A stretch of DNA of 64,000 nucleotides from Marsupella aquatica (lineage: Eukaryota > Plantae > Marchantiophyta). A program made the translations under genes and the position numbers. The notes below the pieces were generated by a model. The model was not told the DNA's origin. It ran no database searches and worked only from the letters and a program-made list of their open reading frames with translations. Within the stretch, counting starts at the first letter, position 1, and every line of letters starts with the position of its first letter. Of the stretch, positions 45,229-57,672 are shown in pieces. The stretch spans positions 25,233,899 through 25,297,898 of the forward strand of contig OZ316891.1 in assembly GCA_973895155.1 (NCBI GenBank), in the 5' to 3' direction.

Positions 45229-46464
45229 GCGGATTACCTGTAATAAGTTAGACTTGGGATTATCCAAGGGCCGTCGGGTCTGGTTGGCCGGGGGGTTTGC
45301 CGGGGCAGGTGCAGGAGCGACGTTGGTTCGCGTTGTCAATTTGGGGGCCGACGTCGTCCTTGCCCGCTTACAAGAACGCTATTGGAGTTGCAGACTAACT
45401 TGCTCGGAACCCAAAGAACACTTGGTGTTTGTTCACGGAACGGACTTGGGACCGGTTTGGGGGTACACCGGTGGTCATCGGCTGAGGAGCTGGTGGTGTC
45501 AGGGTAGCCATATCCTAGTTGAAGGTGTTGGAGCTTTCCCCGAGAAACATAAGATTACGCGCTGCTTCCCGTTGTCTACTGATGTCTTCTTGGCACTTTT
45601 TGGCTACGATATGTTGGTCTAGGTACCCCGGGATCTTGTTGAACTTTGCGGGGACTTCAAGAATCGCCTCTGCTACCGATCTAAGCCCTTCCTCGCTGAG
45701 ATATAGCTCGATGATGTAGTCCCGCAGCTCGTTGTAGCTGGAATCCCTGGTGATGGCTATATTCTCGCAGTTAATCTGCGCTACCTTGGCCACCAACTTT
45801 GCGTATCTTCTTTTGTAAGCGGCTTTCTTGGTACAAGAGTACTAGTAAGTCTCGGAGAACTTAGCACCTACCTCGCCAAATAAGGTCCAAAATCCCAAGG
45901 CTGTAAGGGTCATACTAACCTTTGTAGTCTGGTTTGTCGAGTCCGTGTTCCCGCCTATTTGGTCTGCTTACTGGTGGAGGCCTTACTCGCCCTGACTAAA
46001 TCTTGCCACAACCCGCTCTTATCCCTCGATGATCTCCTTGTAAAGGTCAGCTTGATTCGAGCAAAAAGGCGAGAGAATGGCAGCATTCGCAAATTTTGAA
46101 AGGTAGAAATGAGCAAATGGCCCGTAGCTCCATCAACTTCGCTCTTATGGAGGTGCCAGGGTGAGCTCGAGCGTGAGAGGGAAAGGCCGTTTTGGTCGTT
46201 GATAATGAGCTGAAGTCGGTATCTCGGTCCAAGTGTGATTCTCCTAACGGATTTTTACTCCGCCGCCGCCACCGTACCGCGGTCAAGCGTAATAATCCTC
46301 TGCCTTAATTTGGAATCATCCGATCAACTAACCTACTCCTAATCTATTCATAATGGCAAAGACAGCTATTCATGCTATTCTATGCTACGGCTACGGTCCT
46401 AATGATCGTATAAGTCCTAATCTAGGACTTGCATTCGATTAAGTGACACGTTACCCGTGTCACA

Positions 46465-47797
46465 GATACTAAAGTGGATGCTACACCTGAAATTTCTGAA
46501 GCAAACATGGGAGCTCGATCGGACCCTATTATTCCTGTCAACAAAGAGAAGGTAATAGTTCTGGTCGACGCCACAAGTACTAGGAAGAAACAAAAGAGAG
46601 CTATCGAAGGTGGACCTTCTTCAAGGGAGAGTGTTGCAGCATCTGGTGTCCAACGTGAAGTTGGAAACTTCAAAACTACAGTGTCTCGTCATGCCATGGT
46701 TGAGACAAGCCTACCCAAATTTTTTGACTCGACTTTCAACAAGGAGGAAAAACCTGAATGGGTTAGTCATTGGAGAAGTGGGGGAAGGATCTCGTTAAGT
46801 CGGGATATAAAGAGAAGGGTGTTGTGCGGGGCAGAAAAGAAAGATCATTTGGAGTGGATGCGGGTTTCATTTACCTACCGACCAGGTTCAAACCAACAAT
46901 CATAGATAAGAAGGTTCCTAAATGGAACATTCCAGATCACTCCATGGCTAAATCTTTTTTCAAATCCATGGATCCATTTCTATCAGATGATGGGTTCCTT
47001 GCAATTCTACACAATGGGGAGTACGATCCCAAGTCTCAAGTCATTGCTGCCTGTCAGGAGTTGAGAAAATTTCAGTGCATATGCACGCATAATGTTGTAA
47101 TGTTTGTCCCAATGTACGCGGCAAAGACAGACCGTCAAGTAATTATCTACTCTTAACTATTTTGCATTTTGAGTTAAAACTTGTGTAACCTGGAGTTGCC
47201 AACTGACACTTTGGATTGCTTTTTGCAGATGTTTACCCTCAGGCTGGACATATTTGGTCAAATTAATGGGAAATGTAAAATTCCCAAAGACCCCAAATTC
47301 CATACACTCTCCATCAGTGAGGACCCCTCGATCACTAATTTGATCGGGCTTCCTTCTCTCAAATCCGATCCATTCCCGCAAATGGAGTTTGCTAGAAATG
47401 CTCGCCTGTCTGTCGGGTTTATGCAATCTGTCATCGAGCTTGTCACCCGACCTCGTGATATTTTATGGATTGGACCGCTAGGGCTAGAAGCTCCTTCATT
47501 GCTGGAGACTTCTCCGGGAGGTTTGTATTCGGGATAGAACATAGAAAAGAATTTATTGAATCCGCTTTGAAGGTTTTCATGGATTTGTTGTCTCCCAAAG
47601 AGATTGCGGTTTTACCTCCACCTGTTCCTACTACCGACCAAAAGAAGCGAGATAAGCTTCGGTCGGTACTCAATTTTGATTCTGATGATGAGTCCAGCAA
47701 AGGTGGAGAGGAACAAGGTACAGGGGACTCGGAGGAGGAAAAGGAAGAGCCTCGTGGATCTCCAGATGAAACCGATAGTGATGACTCTTCCAAGTAA
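46465..47797 (+). pseudogene. Degenerate beta-class amino-DNA-methyltransferase-like gene with an intron; 5' end cut by element F
   Basis: VDAGFIYLPT (motif IV position)...PKWN...FLSDDGFLAILH; phase-0 intron 47139-47228; VIELVTRPRDI/MDWTARARSSFIAG..SGRFVFGIE (motifs X, I, II); frameshifts near 46765 and 47462. Confidence 0.65.
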
Positions 47798-48565
47798 TGT
47801 TCATAAACTCGTAAGCTTCTTTCTCCATTCCCGTCAATTTATAACATTTCTGTGTTGTTTTGGAGAAAGGCACCTAACGTGCTGGATTTTGTTTCATCAG
47901 GTCAGAGTGGAATGCGAGGACACATTTCAAACTGCAAAGGAGGGTTGCTAGACACAACATAGAAACACCAGAAAAACCTTTTGTTCTTCCCTCCTATGCA
48001 AAGAAAGCCGCAAGGAAAGCCGAGAGTACAAGGACGCTTTGCTGGGAAAACAAAGGTTTTTGGTTACGAAGGGGTGTTGACAGGAAGTTCATTAAACATG
48101 CTTATGTTGATGACTTCTCCCACAGCCAGTACGTAGATGATGAGGCTGTGTCCACGGACAAATCCGAGAGTACAGATTCTAGTTCCAAATTAGAATCTTC
48201 AGAATCGTGACACGTATTGAGGAATTTAGGGTGAAATGTTTTACCAGCGCCTGGCGCTAGTACCAACTTGTATTCAATTCCTCTGTTGAGGGTCCTTATA
48301 AATTAATGTCTCATTACTTGTGTTTTTTACAAGCGCCTGGCGCTCGCCAAATGGTGATTCATAAAGCAAATATTTCCAGCTTTTATTGGTGTGTCATGGC
48401 CGTTTGGCCTTTGTCGTGTCCTACCAACGGTCATCATAATGAGACAAATAGTAGGCAATACAGAGTATATTATACATTTTGGATACCAACGGCCATTTGA
48501 TTTGTGTCCGTTAGTTTGCCAAAGGAAACCCCCCATGGACTGTTAGTGCTAGTGGATACCACAAA

Positions 48566-48770
48566 CTTTTGGACCTTTTGCGGATGACACTTTTTGCGGA
48601 CGACACTTTTCACGGACAACAGTTTTTGCAGACGACAGTTTTCGGACCGACGACCATTTTTGGACTGACAACCATTTTTGCGGACGACACTTTTTGCGGA
48701 CTTCAATTTTTGCGGACGACAATTTTTGGACCCACGACCATTTGCGGACCTTTTGCGGACAATTTTTGCA
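48566..48770. repeat. Tandem array of ~15-bp units, consensus TTTT(T)GCGGACGACA
   Basis: About 13-14 degenerate copies with no unique spacers. Confidence 0.85.
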
Positions 48771-50150
48771 TTTTGTCAGAGGGGAAGTTGACACTTGATT
48801 GGGCTCTATTCAACATGGCAAGAAACGGTGAGCTCATGGATTGGGAGGCAGCGTTCCTCCCTTCTCGTGTGCGTCCAGAAGAGAGCCATTTCAGTTCTTT
48901 TGAGTCACGGATGGAGACTGAAGAGACTAAAACCTCCACTTTTTGGAACCGTCTCGCTCTACCGTATGATGAGGCTATTTGTCCTAGAGAGAAGAACATC
49001 CCGTGGATCGTCGATTCTCCTCCGCTCCCATTTGCAAGCAGGTTCTCGTCTCATCAGGCTGTTCCTGTTGATGGAGAGTTCAAGAAATGTTTGGGAAAGT
49101 TGACTTTAAGGACAATAATATTCTGAATGAAGGTTTTACGAGGGCAATGCGTCGGGGTCCTTCTGAGAGATACATTTGATTGTGTGGTCTTGGATTCAAG
49201 AAAGATCGGAGGAGAGAAGCGACAAAAGTGGAGGACGATTGCAATTCTGAAAGCTAGATGCAAAGTCTAATTTGTTGTTCCTACGGTTTTTCACGAAGAA
49301 CTACATCGCATTGTTCAGTTTGGTGATCACTTTAAGCTAGTGCCGAGCGCTGCTTAAGCTCTTTCGATGTTTTGGGATGGAGTCGACCTTGGCTTAGTTG
49401 TTAGGGTTTTTCCCGGTTGTTGTTTTTTTTGGCCAAAAATGTTTTTTGCCAACGCCCGGCGCTGGTAATGCTAGCACCCAAAGCTAGCCAAAAAATGTTT
49501 TTATTTAATTTTTTTTGGAAAATATGACTTTTTTGAAAATAGTTTTTGATTGTCATTTTTCCTGGTAACAGTAACTTTTTGCTGGTAACAGGAAAATTTT
49601 TGCTGGTACCAGGAAACCTGTTTCCTGTTTTCTGTCACGGGTAGGGGAATTTACAAACGACAACAAACAGATAACAGTAACAGCAAACAGGAACTGTTAT
49701 CAGCTAAAAGAAACTGATACCAATGAACAGTGTTTGGCTAGCAGTGAACAGTGATCATGAAAAAAGGGGACAAAAGATGTGTTTCCAACTACTGGTATAG
49801 AAATTAAGACGACCAAATTTGCGTGAAAGGAAATTGGACTAAACGGAATCATGTATTTTGCAACAAATAAAACCGACTCACAATTGAGATAAACAAAATC
49901 CAAGACCAATATATGTCAAAATGCGCAGGGGGAAAAGAAAACTGTCATATATAATCGCAAAGTACAAAATGCATTTGGCGCAGGTCCTAAAAATGCAGTT
50001 ATAAGTGAAAACTATAATCCTAGTAATACTTCTGTATATTGGATTACTAGGATTACTAGACTTCTGTATAGCCGATAAAAATTCCAAATTTTTTTAAAAA
50101 AAATTTCAAAAAAAATTACCACTCATTTTTGTTAACAGTTTCTGTTTCCT

Positions 50151-53100
50151 TGTGGTGCGTCCCATGGCTCCCTAAACCCAAGAAACCCCCCAGCTCAAGC
50201 CGATTCCCGCAGGTTTCGTGCTTGGCGAGGCTGTTTCCGCGGCTTAGCGGCATGGGACGCTGCTAACCTTCTACTACTACTATTAACATTTTACACACAT
50301 ATACTGGACAGATCCTTCATCGGGTCATGAGATACGTAGCCGGCCTAATATAGGCCTTCCCCTGTCTTCCCCTCCGTCTTGTTAGGTATGTTTGGATTCC
50401 GCCGCCAGAATGATCCCCAATAGGCTTGGTTAAGCCGCTAAGACCTCTCTCAGCTCGACACATCCAACTCTCACTCCCCTGCTTACTTTCCTTCCTTCTG
50501 TTGATGTGGGCACTCTTCACACAAGTTAATGCGACACACAAATAGCAAAATGACTCATTCTGACTGAGTCATACCATGCACTTGCCATACAAACAGTACA
50601 TCTCATACACAAGTTCTGCGAACTAAGCCGTGAGGCCAACTCTATTCAGCTCTTAGGCATGAGGAAACATGAATATACACAAGGGTCACTGTATGACTAA
50701 CCGAGAGCTTCTCGTACTACTTGATCCCAGCCCGGCTGGTGCAACTAAAAACTTGCTAAAGAAGAGGCCCTGAGCTCCCCGCAGCCCAGGTATTTATCCC
50801 GGTAGTGGATCCGTCATTCTTTGCAGCATAAGCCTAATCTACTTAACAGTAATCTACTTGCCCGAATCTACCTATGTACAGCAAGGCAGGAGCACAAGTG
50901 TTGCTCCTACCAGTGGGACCGCAATCCCACTAAGCTAAGTGTCAGGGCCGCTCCTGGTTCTGATCCTAATCCTAAACGTGGAGATCCGCGCCCGCCCTGC
51001 CCACTCACGCCTCCTCCCTCCACGTCCGCCCTCCCTAAAAGGAACGGCGCCCTTGCACCGTCACGACACCGGTGGTGGATCCTCAATGGACGCCCCCAAC
51101 ACTTCCTCCTCAGCCACTGCCGTTGGCCCGCCTACTGACAGATTACCTGCCCTTGACCGAGTCAACTCTCCATCGGCCTGACTGGGTCCACCTTCGGCTT
51201 CAGCCTCGACACCGGCCTCGGCAATACCCACGGCTTCGGCCTCAGCCACTCCCACGGCTTCGGCCTCCCCTTCCCCTAGGGTAGTTGGATCCTTAGCCGT
51301 GACCCTGTCTGGGGTCGGTGCTGGGTCTACCTCCTTGATCACCACGGCCTGTGAAGTCGTATTACTCCTTGACCCTGAAGGTTTCCGCTTCTTCTTCGTT
51401 GGTGGCTCGGCAGCTGGTCCCTTCCCCTTCCCACTTACTTCCGGCACTGGTGCAGTTGACGCGGCTTGTCCTTCGGCAATTACCACCCCTGGTAACTGGT
51501 TTGTCCCAACGGGAGATGGACCTGCTGCAGCTAAGCATTTAAATACTGCGGCTTGTTTCTTTAGCCGCTCTGTTTGGTTGTCGGCCCGCCGCTGTAGGTT
51601 CTCCATCTTCCTCGTGATTTCCTCCAACTCCTCTTGGGTTTCATCCAGGTCCTTACGTGCCCCCTCCAGCTCGTTTTTGGCCTCCTCCTGCTCCCTGTGG
51701 GCTTCCTCCAATTCCTTCTTCAAGGTAGCCCTCTCCTCCTGGGTTGCTCTTAGCTCCTTGTCGAGCTCTGCAATGATGACAGACTCCATCTGGTTCATCT
51801 TGGCGTAAGTCTGTTCGAGCATCTCGTCCTTCTCCCTTAGGTCGGCCTTGAAGCTGGCCGTCAGGGACGCAAGCTCCTGCTGCAGCGCCATAATCCCTTG
51901 ATAGGATTTCCCTAACTCGACCTCCTTCTGCTCAAGGGCTCCGCGGATTTTCTCGAGCTCCCCTTTCAACGCCCATTCCTTTCTTTGGGTCTCCGCCATG
52001 GCCCGGCTGTTGGCTGTTATGTGGGCCTCCTCTGTATTCTTCAGCTCTTGCTTCCACTTCTCCCTCTCTTTGATCGTGTCGGCCAATTCTTCCTGCGTCT
52101 GAGTTAGTTTATCCTTGATATTCTGATTATCAGCCTGCGCGGTGTCCAACTGCCCCTGCATGATGTTCAGCTCATGTCGTTTAATCCGCAGTTCATCTTG
52201 GGCTTTCTTGGCCGCCCTTAGATCTTCAATCTCGGCTTCCATCCTCCTAAGCCGCAGAATGACCTCGTCCTTCTTGCTTCTCTCTAAAGCCACCGCTTCT
52301 TCTAATTGGTGCTTCTCCAACTGCTCCCTATGGAAAAAGGGTCCTACCTCCAACTCCTCTCCAAAGATGCCGAGCGGGCAAGTTCCCCACACATCTCACC
52401 ATACTCCATGGCTCTATTCTTAGCGTAGGTGGAGTAAGTAGAAGTGATCGGCATCGCCCATCGTGGCCTCTGCTCCCAAGCCGTCCTGCGGATCTCTTCA
52501 ATCGTGGCTAGAGGTTTGCTTCCTTTTTCGGCTAGCCGCCTGATGTCCTCCGGCCAATCTCCTCCTGGTAAATCCTTTTCCTTAGCCAGGGCGGCCTCTT
52601 CCTCCTGCTTGATTCGCTCCTGAAATTCCTGCACCGTCTGTTTTATGCCGTCGAAGCTCGGGGGAGCAACATCTGGTGGGGGAGACTCAGGGCTACTCTG
52701 CTGGTTGGGATCCCCTCGCACTACCCTTGGAAGTGTGGGGACAAACCGGCCACAGGTCCTTACTCCTGGAACGTGATGGTCCGACCCATAGCCGGAATTA
52801 TCATGGCTGCAGTCCTCCACTGCCTCCTCTACCTCTTGGACGTCCGGCTTCTCCCTCTCCTCTTCGTCGGTAGGAGCTTCAGGCAATTCTGCCTCAGATT
52901 CGGAGCTTGAGGTTCCCACATACATTCGAACACCTGGCTTGGATTCCGGCCTGATTCTCTCCTTGTTTCCAGCAAAGGGGTTTTCTCTTGTGAGCCGGTG
53001 TAGGCCTACCTCTGTAGTAGTGTCCTGCATTGTTGCCGTTGCCGTTGTTGTTGCCGATGCCGATTTCTTTTCTTTCTCCAGTAGTTTCAGCAGACTCTGC

Positions 53101-54777
53101 ATGCCTGGTTGCTGCATCGGCAAGTCCTCCTTCCTGGGCCTAAACACCTGCTCGATCGTAGGACTAACAGGTGGTTGAGGCTTCTCAGCCAACGGCCTCG
53201 GCGTTGGAGCTTCCTCGGGTGCCCTTACCTGCAGGGGAAGTACCGGGGCAAAAGTCTGACCTCTGGCATACCGGCACAACAGCGGCATGTGATAGCCAAG
53301 CCGCGACACGCTCCCCATGCCGATTACCTGCTGCTCCTCCTTTAAGATCTTCTTCAATTGGTTGAGGAGGTACCCGTTGTAGTCCCGGCTTGGGTCTGGC
53401 CTTTCTGCTAGATAGACCTGTGCCTTGCCGATCTCTGCCCTCGGCAAGTTACAATGCATGGTCACCCGCAAGAAGTCGATCATCTCTCCTATGTGCGGGT
53501 TGGTGCAGGTGTTCCGGAAGAAGCCATTCTTCGTTGATGGCCCGGGGAACGACCGGAACTCCTTGTCAGGCAAGGTCTTCCTGGTATCAACTTTGGTCTT
53601 ATTGCCTATCGGCAGGCCAAACACTTCGGCAATTACCTTGGGAGTAAGATAGAAATCCTTCCCATATATCCTCGTGCAATTGGTCTCGGGTTCCCATGAC
53701 CCCACGAATTCTAATAGGTCTGGCTCCGGTACCTCCGGCTTCAGCCATGGTAATCTTACAAAGGCCTCCAAGCCGGATCCGGCCATGAAGCCTTGGTACT
53801 TCTTGGTCTGCATGGCCGTAAAGCATGCATCCTCCTCCCGTGCAAAATGTAGTTGCACCTCCACCGGTAGGGTTGCCGCCCAGCCCTTCCAGGTGTCATC
53901 CTTGGTTGGAATGGCCTTGATGGGATCGACCTCCTCCTCTTTGGCTTCTCCCTGCCTCCTGCTCTGCTGCTCGGCTGGCTTCTTTGGTGCCGCCGACCTT
54001 GTTCTTTTTGCCGGGGTGGCTTCATCGTTGACGGCTCCCTTCCTCTTCATCTCTGCTGCCGTGGAGGTTTCTCCTAGCACCGTTGCCTGGGTCCACCTTT
54101 CCGTGCTACCCTTTAATTCCCAGTGTATGTCGTTGCAGTTCTTGATGGCCTCTCGGATGCCGACGACGCTGTCTTTGCAAAACAGAAGATCGTCGAGTTG
54201 ATTGGAAGTAGGCGTCCACAGGAACTCGTCCTTGATGAGTTCGCCTCCTAAGAAAGCCGTCTTCTGCAGCTCCCACAATCGAGCGAGCTCCTGCCGTTCT
54301 CGAGCTGCCCTTTCTGACTCCTCGTCCTCGTAAGTCTTGATGTACTCAGTTGCCCGTTCGAACAGGCATCCCCAGAAATGTGCCACTTGATTGACGTTGC
54401 TCATACCCTCCTTAGATTGATCGTCGGTATCTACTCTCTCCCCGAGTGCTTGCCTAAGCAGCTGACAGTAGTTGGCCTCCCGTAGTCGTCTGCCTAGTTC
54501 GTGCTCGCAAATGAGCCACCATCTCCTGCAAGCGCTCCTTACCCCTCTCCTCTGCCGGTCCTTCTTCCCGTTGATCCTTCCTAGCCGCCGACGCTTAACG
54601 CGCCCTAACCCTAATTGGGTTTTCACCCTCAGCCTTACCTCCGGCCTCTGCCCGGGTTCCATGGTTGCCCCTAATTGTTTATATTTTCCTTGTTTTGTCA
54701 CTATACTAAGGTGTTCCTAGGGTGCCTTCCTGCTTTACCCACTTAACCGGCCGAGTGATTCCTGTCTAGGCATCACA
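50151..54777 (-). mobile_element. Solo LTR, family 1 (young), 4627 bp
   Basis: TGTGGTGC...GCATCACA with 5-bp TSD TTCCT (50146-50150 and 54778-54782). Confidence 0.96.
51061..54662 (-). pseudogene. LTR-encoded accessory ORF (~1200 aa from MEPGQR) with a single frameshift
   Basis: ORFs 52344-54701 and 51061-52392 joined by a 2-bp insertion near 52377; the N-terminal extension is open in this copy. Confidence 0.9.
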
Positions 54778-57564
54778 TTCCTGTTACCAGAATCTGTTTG
54801 CTGTTACTGTTTGCTATTTGCTGTCATTTGTAAATACCTTGATAGTAGTAGGGGAGATGCCGCGGGAACTTCTGATGGTGGGAAGAGGAGCCAGGAAACT
54901 AGTAGTAGTGGAGGGCCAGGGCAATCGTCGTGGACGTGCATCAGAAGCACCGTCCGTTAATCCAAGCGAAAGTACAAGATCAAAGGGATCTAGGCCATCT
55001 GGTTCTGGACTTAGCACAAAGAGGAAGAGAACTGGCTAGGGTGAAACGGTGGCTCCATAAGTAATTAAATCTTCGACTAATACATCAATTCCTTCAGTTC
55101 CCATCACGGTTCCTGCGATGCCATTGGTAAGTATTACGTCATTTAGTTTTGTTGAACAAATCCGGATTCCGAGAAAAATCTCGCTGTTTCTTTCCTTAAT
55201 TGAATTTGCAACATTTTTTGTAGACAAATGCGGATTCTGATAAAAATCTCGTTCTTTCACTCCTTAATTGAATTTGCAACGCTCTTGTAGGCTGATCAGG
55301 AGGAGACGGCTCTTTTGATGTATGAGACTAACGCCATCAAAGCAGAGCTCAGTCTGTTGATGCAACAAAGGGTGCAAAGGACAACTGTCCTTCTGCATGT
55401 CAACAATCTGATTTTGATGAGGAGGGGGATTTTTCAACTTTGATTAGCATGTGGAGAATATCAAGATAATTCTCATGAAAAACCCCACGAACTTCAGTGC
55501 CCCGTTCGTGCTGTGTGTGGATCCGAAGGATTGTCCCACACCCGAAGATTGGGACATCCTGAAGTCAAGGGTATGGAAGTATAGAATTATTGGAGGGAAT
55601 CATGGTGCTCGGGCAAAGTCCGAGTTGTATAAAATGTACGGCAAGCAAATTTATGGTGAGCTGGAAGCTTGGATTTATGTTGGGCTTGCAAGATCCGAGA
55701 TCCAAAATTTGGGCTTCCAGCATAATTATGACCAGGAGTATTGGAAGAACGTGACTCACATTGACCAAGTTCGTGCTTGTCACAATATTTATCTTGAAAT
55801 GGGTGTGGGCTCAAATAAAGATGTTTGCCAAGCATGTTGTCAGGAATGCATGATGGATTACACGCTAGGCGTTCATGACTCCATGGCCAAACATGACCCA
55901 GCTTTCCAAATTGCTTTCCAAACAGGTGAAATTTGGGATCTTAAGGAGAAAATTTTCTAGATGTGGGAGAAGGGTATTGTCTTAAGTAGGACAACCCAAA
56001 AACATTGTGGCAACAACAAACGCAAAGGGAAAGGTAAAACCTTTGACGGTAAGGGAGATTAAAATGAATAAACTTGTTGGGGACCTCAACTTAAATTCAT
56101 TTCAAGGTCTACAAGGACTGTCAAATAAGGAGCATGTCAAGCGTCTCTTGAGTAGGGTTATCGGGAAGGTGATCACTTTGGATCAAATGCACAAGGAAGG
56201 TGAGAAGCTGAAAAAGCTTGCCAAGGTGAAGAAACTATTTTTGTAGATATCTGGTCAGCCAGATTGGGCAACGTGAAGAGAAATGTTTCCCACTAAAATA
56301 GATGTTTTGGTCCTTGGCATATGGGCGGAGAAATTGAGTGACCCGGTAAGCATTCCTCTGACCGCAAGATTTTTATCGGCAAAAGTGGTTCCGGCTATCA
56401 CTTATAATTCTGCGGAGGAGGTTATTGTTCCTCTGACCGCAAGATTTTTATTGGCTTTAGCATTCCATTTGTAGGTTTCTAAGCGATTGTATTTATTGGC
56501 GATAGGATTCCATTTGTAGATATGCATGATGCTTATGGGCTATAGTGTTCCATCGCAAGATTTTTATCGGGTTTTGGATTCATCTCACGTTATTCTAACT
56601 GGAGATGTGTGTGACATTTGTACAGTTGAAGATTAGTTCAAAAAGGAAAAACAAAGTGGTTCTGGCTGTCACTTATAATTCTGCGGGGGAGGTTATTGTT
56701 CCCTTGGCTGACATCCCGTATGTGTTTAAGAATTTTGTGCTTGCTGCAATCGATAAGTACAACCGGCTCCAGTCCTTAGGCCAGGGTGCAGTAGAAGCGT
56801 TGGAACAAACATGGAAAAATGCTGACGGGGATTCTTTCCCCTACTATCTCCATGTTGGGGATGTTTGAATTTTGGATTCTTTTGTTGAGCCAAGGGCTTA
56901 CACCCTTGCGGTCGCGGATATTCCCTATGGTTTTAATGCTCTTGGTTCGGAGTTTGATGAAGTGTCCTTCACAGAAAAGGACATTTTAGATATGGTGACA
57001 AGTTTTTCAAAGATGACGACCGCTAAGCAGTGGAGGTTTGTTGCGATCCATTCACTACAACAAACTAATATGGTGATGTCTGCACTTGAGAGTGTATGCA
57101 ACTGTGGGGTCGAGGCTGGAATCTGGGAGAAGACTAACATTCATGAGCGTCCTGCTAGCGCTCGATTAGCATGGGGTTTTGAGAACTGGTCGATGGGTTT
57201 CTATAGTGTGACGTCGCCGGTATGGCGAGTAATGAGTAATTCGGTCTAAACCATGCCTAGCACGTGCGTTAGGGGTATCTTAGGCCGCTATGATTAGCAT
57301 AACGACAGTATTTAGGTAGCCATTATGAGTATGAAATCATTAGTCAATAAGGGGAATTCATGTTCGGGCTGGCGGCGCGTCGCCATTTGCACGCCCGGGT
57401 TACGAGCGTGGAGGGGCCCTCCCTCGGGTCCGTATAACAAACTTTGGGAGGCGTCCACTGACACGTGGTGACTCAGACCGGCGGAGTGGCCAGTGCACTA
57501 CAAGCGTGAACGGTTCAGCCTATAGGCAACGAGGAGATGTCGAGGGATCGACAAGCCCTCAAGG

Positions 57565-57571
57565 TATAAAA
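57565..57571 (+). promoter_or_regulatory. Candidate TATA box upstream of the family-3 LTR ORF
   Basis: TATAAAA in a GC-rich context about 105 bp before ATG 57673. Confidence 0.5.
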
Positions 57572-57672
57572 AGGGAGCCGACCCTTTGTAGTGCACTAGT
57601 CCATCAGTCCGCGCGCCAGCTTTGACCCCAACTCTCTCGGTCGCTCTTAGTTGCCACTACTATCTCCTCTGA

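Larger units (their letters stand above)
38900..45900 (-). pseudogene. LTR-encoded accessory ORF of family 2, decayed and split by the solo LTR at 40505-45228 (ends approximate)
   Basis: EFISNFD...LAQIFCLPTG...ERLNFIRTTLHMIEP...NWAQFF...GGKTYLGSHIAIILTWY followed by a Pro-rich linker and coiled coil; aligns with 58079-59374. Confidence 0.75.
36858..46464 (-). mobile_element. Truncated Ty3/gypsy element F (family 2): gag remnant, PBS and ~3.8-kb 5' LTR interrupted by a solo LTR
   Basis: gag-like WLAEFEAIAKANGEEAIKL...GEARPWF; PBS 37886-37906 identical to copy B; LTR from about 37911 to the TGTGACAC terminus at 46464. Confidence 0.8.
49644..54840. mobile_element. MITE-like element (~570 bp without the insert) with ~85-bp imperfect TIRs, interrupted by a solo LTR
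   Basis: GGAATTTACAAACGACAACAAACAGATAACAGTAACAGCAAACAG... at the left end is the inverted counterpart of 50120-50150 plus 54783-54840; no clean TSD. Confidence 0.6.

Noticed and set aside
48566-48770. CRISPR-like short repeat array and the ORFs overlapping it
   Set aside because: Units are contiguous with no unique spacers, no cas genes are present and the context is eukaryotic; the ORFs are repeat artefacts
56700-56725. First ADIPY as the catalytic motif
   Set aside because: It lacks the preceding GD motif and beta-strand context; the second (LAVADIPYG, near 56905-56931) fits motif IV
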